DNA of 32,000 nucleotides, taken from NCBI RefSeq assembly GCF_000145295.1, contig NC_014408.1, positions 1 to 32,000 on the forward strand, given 5' to 3'. Numbering within the stretch: position 1 is the stretch's first letter; each line of letters starts with the position of its first letter. This DNA comes from Methanothermobacter marburgensis str. Marburg. GTDB taxonomy: Archaea > Methanobacteriota > Methanobacteria > Methanobacteriales > Methanothermobacteraceae. Position numbers and translations under genes: made by a program. Shown one piece after another: positions 29,599 to 32,000 of this stretch. The notes beneath the pieces were generated by a model. The model had not been told where the DNA came from, did not search any database, and worked only from the letters and a program-made list of their open reading frames with translations.

Positions 29599-31290
29599 TT
29601 ACATGGTCTCCGGGGCATGTATACCCAGAAGACCCAGGGCATTCCTGATTACGATTCTAACAGAATCAACGAGCCTCAGCCTTGCACCCTCAAATTCAGA
29701 CCCGATGACAGGGGTGGATCTGTAGAAACTGTTGAAGGCATTTGCAAGGTCCTGCACGTACTGTGCCACGGGGTGAACCCTCCTTGCCATGGCGGCCTCC
29801 TCAACAACCACAGGGAAACGGGCAAGGAGACGGACAAGTTCTTTTTCATCGTTTTCAGGTTTCCAGGTGTCTTCGATGTCCTCATCACCATTGAAGGATG
29901 CCTTCTTGAGGAGCTTGCACGCCCTTGCATGGGCGTACTGTATTGATGCACAGCCACGTTCAAAGCTGAGGGCCTCATCCCACCTGAACACGATGTGCTT
30001 CTCGGGGGAAAGGCGTGCTATATAGTACCTTATGGCCCCGTTGCCGATGGCCTCGGCGATTTCATCTGCAACGTCATCTGGAAGTTCTCTCCTTTTTTCA
30101 ACCTCCTCAAGGGCCCTTTTATGGGCCTCATCCATCAGTTCATCCACCGATATGAAGACGCCCCTCCTTGTGGACATTGAGCCCTCGGGGAGTGTTATGA
30201 ACTCATAGAATATGACCTCGGGTTTCTTACCACCCAGGAGATCCACGGCGATTCCCACCTGCTCTGCTGCAAGTTTATGGTCTGATCCAAGGACGTCGAT
30301 GAGAATATCCCCTTCACGGGATTTCTGGAGATGGTAGGCTATGTCCCTTGTTGAGTAGAGGGAGGTTCCATCTGAACGGGTGAGCACAAGCTCCTTTTCA
30401 ATGCCGAAATCCTCAAGGTCAAGGTAGAGGACCTCATTTTCCCTGGTGAGCCCCGTTTTTCTGAGGGATTCTATAACCTCACCAACCGTCCCATCCCTCA
30501 CCAGTTCCCCCTCCCACACGAACCTGTCGTGGTGGACATGGAGCCTTTGCATGGTCTCCTTCATCCCATCAAGGCAGTACTCCACAACCTCCCTGAAGGT
30601 GTCCTCGTTCTCACCGGCCTCGTATTGCCTCAGAAGTTCATCCACCTCCTCCTTTATACCAGGATCCTCTTTGAGTTTCTGGTTAACCTCAAGGTAGAGC
30701 CTTCCAACCCGGTGGTCCCTCTTATCCCCGGGGTAATCATCCAGGTTTTTCTGGAGGTTCAGGAGGCCCCAGACTATCATGGCTATCTGGCGCCCCATGT
30801 CATTGACATAGTACTGGGTTTCAACCTGGTATCCTGCCTTTCTGAGTATCCTTGCAAGCGAGTCCCCGATGATGGCATTCCTTATATGCCCTATGTGCAG
30901 TGGACCGTTGGGGTTTGCAGAGGTGTGCTCAAGGATTATCCTCTCACCCCTCTCTGGATGGGACCCGTAGTCGTCATCAATGATTTCAAGGAGTTTCCCT
31001 GAGAGCTTCCCATAGTCAACAAAGAAGTTTATGTATGGCCCCTTTGATTCTACTGCCTCAAAGATCTCAGGAGTTTCAATCACCGACATTATATCTGAGG
31101 TTATCTCCATCGGCGGCCTTTTGAGTTCACCTGCAAGTTCAAAGGCCACCGTGCATGCAAGATCACCCAGCTGGGGGTTTGGTGGTTCCTCCAGTTTGAT
31201 CTCTGAGGGTACCGGTAGCTGGAGCTTCTCAAGCGCTTCAGTTATTGAATCCCTTGCACTGTTTTCAATGTATCTGAACAATTTCCTCAC
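29599..31290 (-). CDS. argS: Arginine-tRNA ligase
   Basis: HIGH motif (PLHIGHIRN), an MSTRRG KMSKS-equivalent and a C-terminal DALR-type anticodon-binding region. The start is GTG at 31290 or TTG at 31281 (the latter follows AGGTGAGG). Confidence 0.95.
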   Translation of the reverse strand: MRKLFRYIENSARDSITEALEKLQLPVPSEIKLEEPPNPQLGDLACTVAFELAGELKRPPMEITSDIMSVIETPEIFEAVESKGPYINFFVDYGKLSGKLLEIIDDDYGSHPERGERIILEHTSANPNGPLHIGHIRNAIIGDSLARILRKAGYQVETQYYVNDMGRQIAMIVWGLLNLQKNLDDYPGDKRDHRVGRLYLEVNQKLKEDPGIKEEVDELLRQYEAGENEDTFREVVEYCLDGMKETMQRLHVHHDRFVWEGELVRDGTVGEVIESLRKTGLTRENEVLYLDLEDFGIEKELVLTRSDGTSLYSTRDIAYHLQKSREGDILIDVLGSDHKLAAEQVGIAVDLLGGKKPEVIFYEFITLPEGSMSTRRGVFISVDELMDEAHKRALEEVEKRRELPDDVADEIAEAIGNGAIRYYIARLSPEKHIVFRWDEALSFERGCASIQYAHARACKLLKKASFNGDEDIEDTWKPENDEKELVRLLARFPVVVEEAAMARRVHPVAQYVQDLANAFNSFYRSTPVIGSEFEGARLRLVDSVRIVIRNALGLLGIHAPETM

Positions 31291-31296
31291 CTGCCT

Positions 31297-31734
31297 TCAG
31301 AGTCCCTTAAGCCAGAGGGTTATGTAGCCCACCTTGGGTATCATCAGCGGATTTGAACCCACCGTTATGACCCTTGCCTCAACCTGTGATGGGTACACAG
31401 GTGCGGGGTCAGGTGATGGGTTGTTGTCACCCTTTGTGATGTAGTATTTTTGACCTGCTTTATCCTTTTCGACGGCTATAACCCGGTGTATAACCGGTTC
31501 AGGGAACCATGTGGCGTCATAGATTATTATGTCACCCTTCTGTACGTTTTCAGGGTTCAGTTCCTTTATTCCGAAAAAGTTGCTCTTTTCGATTATCACT
31601 ATGTCTCCCCTGTAGAAGACGGGCTCCATGCTTCCTGATACAACCACATTCATGTGCTGTGATGCAACAACAGCAAGTAGGAGGAGGAGAATGTATGCTG
31701 CTGCCTCAACCCATTCCCTTTTATCATCACTCAT
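31297..31734 (-). CDS. Signal peptidase I, archaeal/eukaryal S26B (Sec11-like) type
   Basis: N-terminal TM helix, then SGSMEP (catalytic Ser) and VIHRV (His). The ATG at 31734 follows AGGTG, and the longer track ORF would overlap ilvD. Confidence 0.85.
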   Translation of the reverse strand: MSDDKREWVEAAAYILLLLLAVVASQHMNVVVSGSMEPVFYRGDIVIIEKSNFFGIKELNPENVQKGDIIIYDATWFPEPVIHRVIAVEKDKAGQKYYITKGDNNPSPDPAPVYPSQVEARVITVGSNPLMIPKVGYITLWLKGL

Positions 31735-31742
31735 GCTTACAC

Positions 31743-32000
31743 CTATCTCAGAATGGCACCTGTATCTGCTGAACCTGCGAGTTTCCTGTAGCGTGCAAGC
31801 CATCCCTTAACGTGGCGTTCCGGTTTTTCTGCAGATTCAATCCTTCTTCTGATCTCATCTTCCGTCAGATCAACCTCAAGTTTTCTTGAGGGTATATCTA
31901 TCCTTATTGTGTCCCCATCCCTCACAGCTGCTATGGGTCCATCCTCCATTGCCTCGGGGGAGACGTGTCCCACACAAGGCCCCCTGGTACCCCCTGAGAA
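31743..32000 (-). CDS. ilvD: Dihydroxy-acid dehydratase, C-terminal fragment (5' part lies beyond the window)
   Basis: The frame is open to the window edge. It translates to [17 protein letters not shown]...[10 protein letters not shown], the conserved IlvD C-terminus. Confidence 0.9.
   Translation of the reverse strand, partial: FSGGTRGPCVGHVSPEAMEDGPIAAVRDGDTIRIDIPSRKLEVDLTEDEIRRRIESAEKPERHVKGWLARYRKLAGSADTGAILR

Noticed and set aside
29467-29946. 159-aa plus-strand ORF overlapping the 3' part of argS.
   Set aside because: It is antisense to a confidently identified arginyl-tRNA synthetase gene. It has no RBS and no recognisable motif, and it starts in the convergent spacer. This is a typical shadow ORF.

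Overview
This window reads as a gene-dense core chromosomal segment of a Methanothermobacter-type (Methanobacteriales) methanogen. That assignment is inferred from protein content and gene order, not from a search.

I support 37 protein-coding genes (one truncated by the right edge), two tandem tRNA-Val genes, a few archaeal TATA/BRE-type promoters and one oligo-T terminator. I saw no rRNA, CRISPR array, IS element, integrase or prophage signature.

Content, left to right:
- Replication and repair genes: orc1/cdc6 at the left edge (probably next to oriC), pyrB, trmI and the Hef helicase-nuclease.
- An uncharacterised DUF169 / TusA-DsrE fusion / small membrane protein operon, divergent from an HTH-PAS-GAF-GAF regulator.
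- A tightly packed minus-strand array: kae1-bud32, HAM1 NTPase, rps15, RecJ/GAN-like and the aconitase-X large subunit.
- cobT-like, uppP, ilvE and tRNA-Val(UAC)/tRNA-Val(CAC).
- A more accessory-looking stretch (about 18.0-22.8 kb): a DUF11-like surface protein with an LPXTG-like tail, a membrane-anchored Mrr-type nuclease-fold protein, surE, two paralogous 3-TM modules carrying H-x13-H (one fused to a 4-Cys plus acidic ectodomain), a wHTH plus membrane-protein pair, and a low-GC mini Sm-like gene.
- Biosynthetic and housekeeping genes: methanogenesis-marker-12-like, ilvC-ilvN-ilvB, purD-argF, argS, signal peptidase and the 3' end of ilvD.

Several first-in-frame starts in the ORF track are GTG/TTG extensions. 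Where a downstream ATG has a clear GGTGA/GGAGG-type ribosome-binding site, I moved the start and say so.

Nothing here is demonstrably a new system from sequence alone. The best candidates for follow-up are the DUF169/TusA-DsrE operon with its divergent sensor-regulator, the putative sortase substrate, the Mrr-fold membrane protein and the H-x13-H membrane-module pair.
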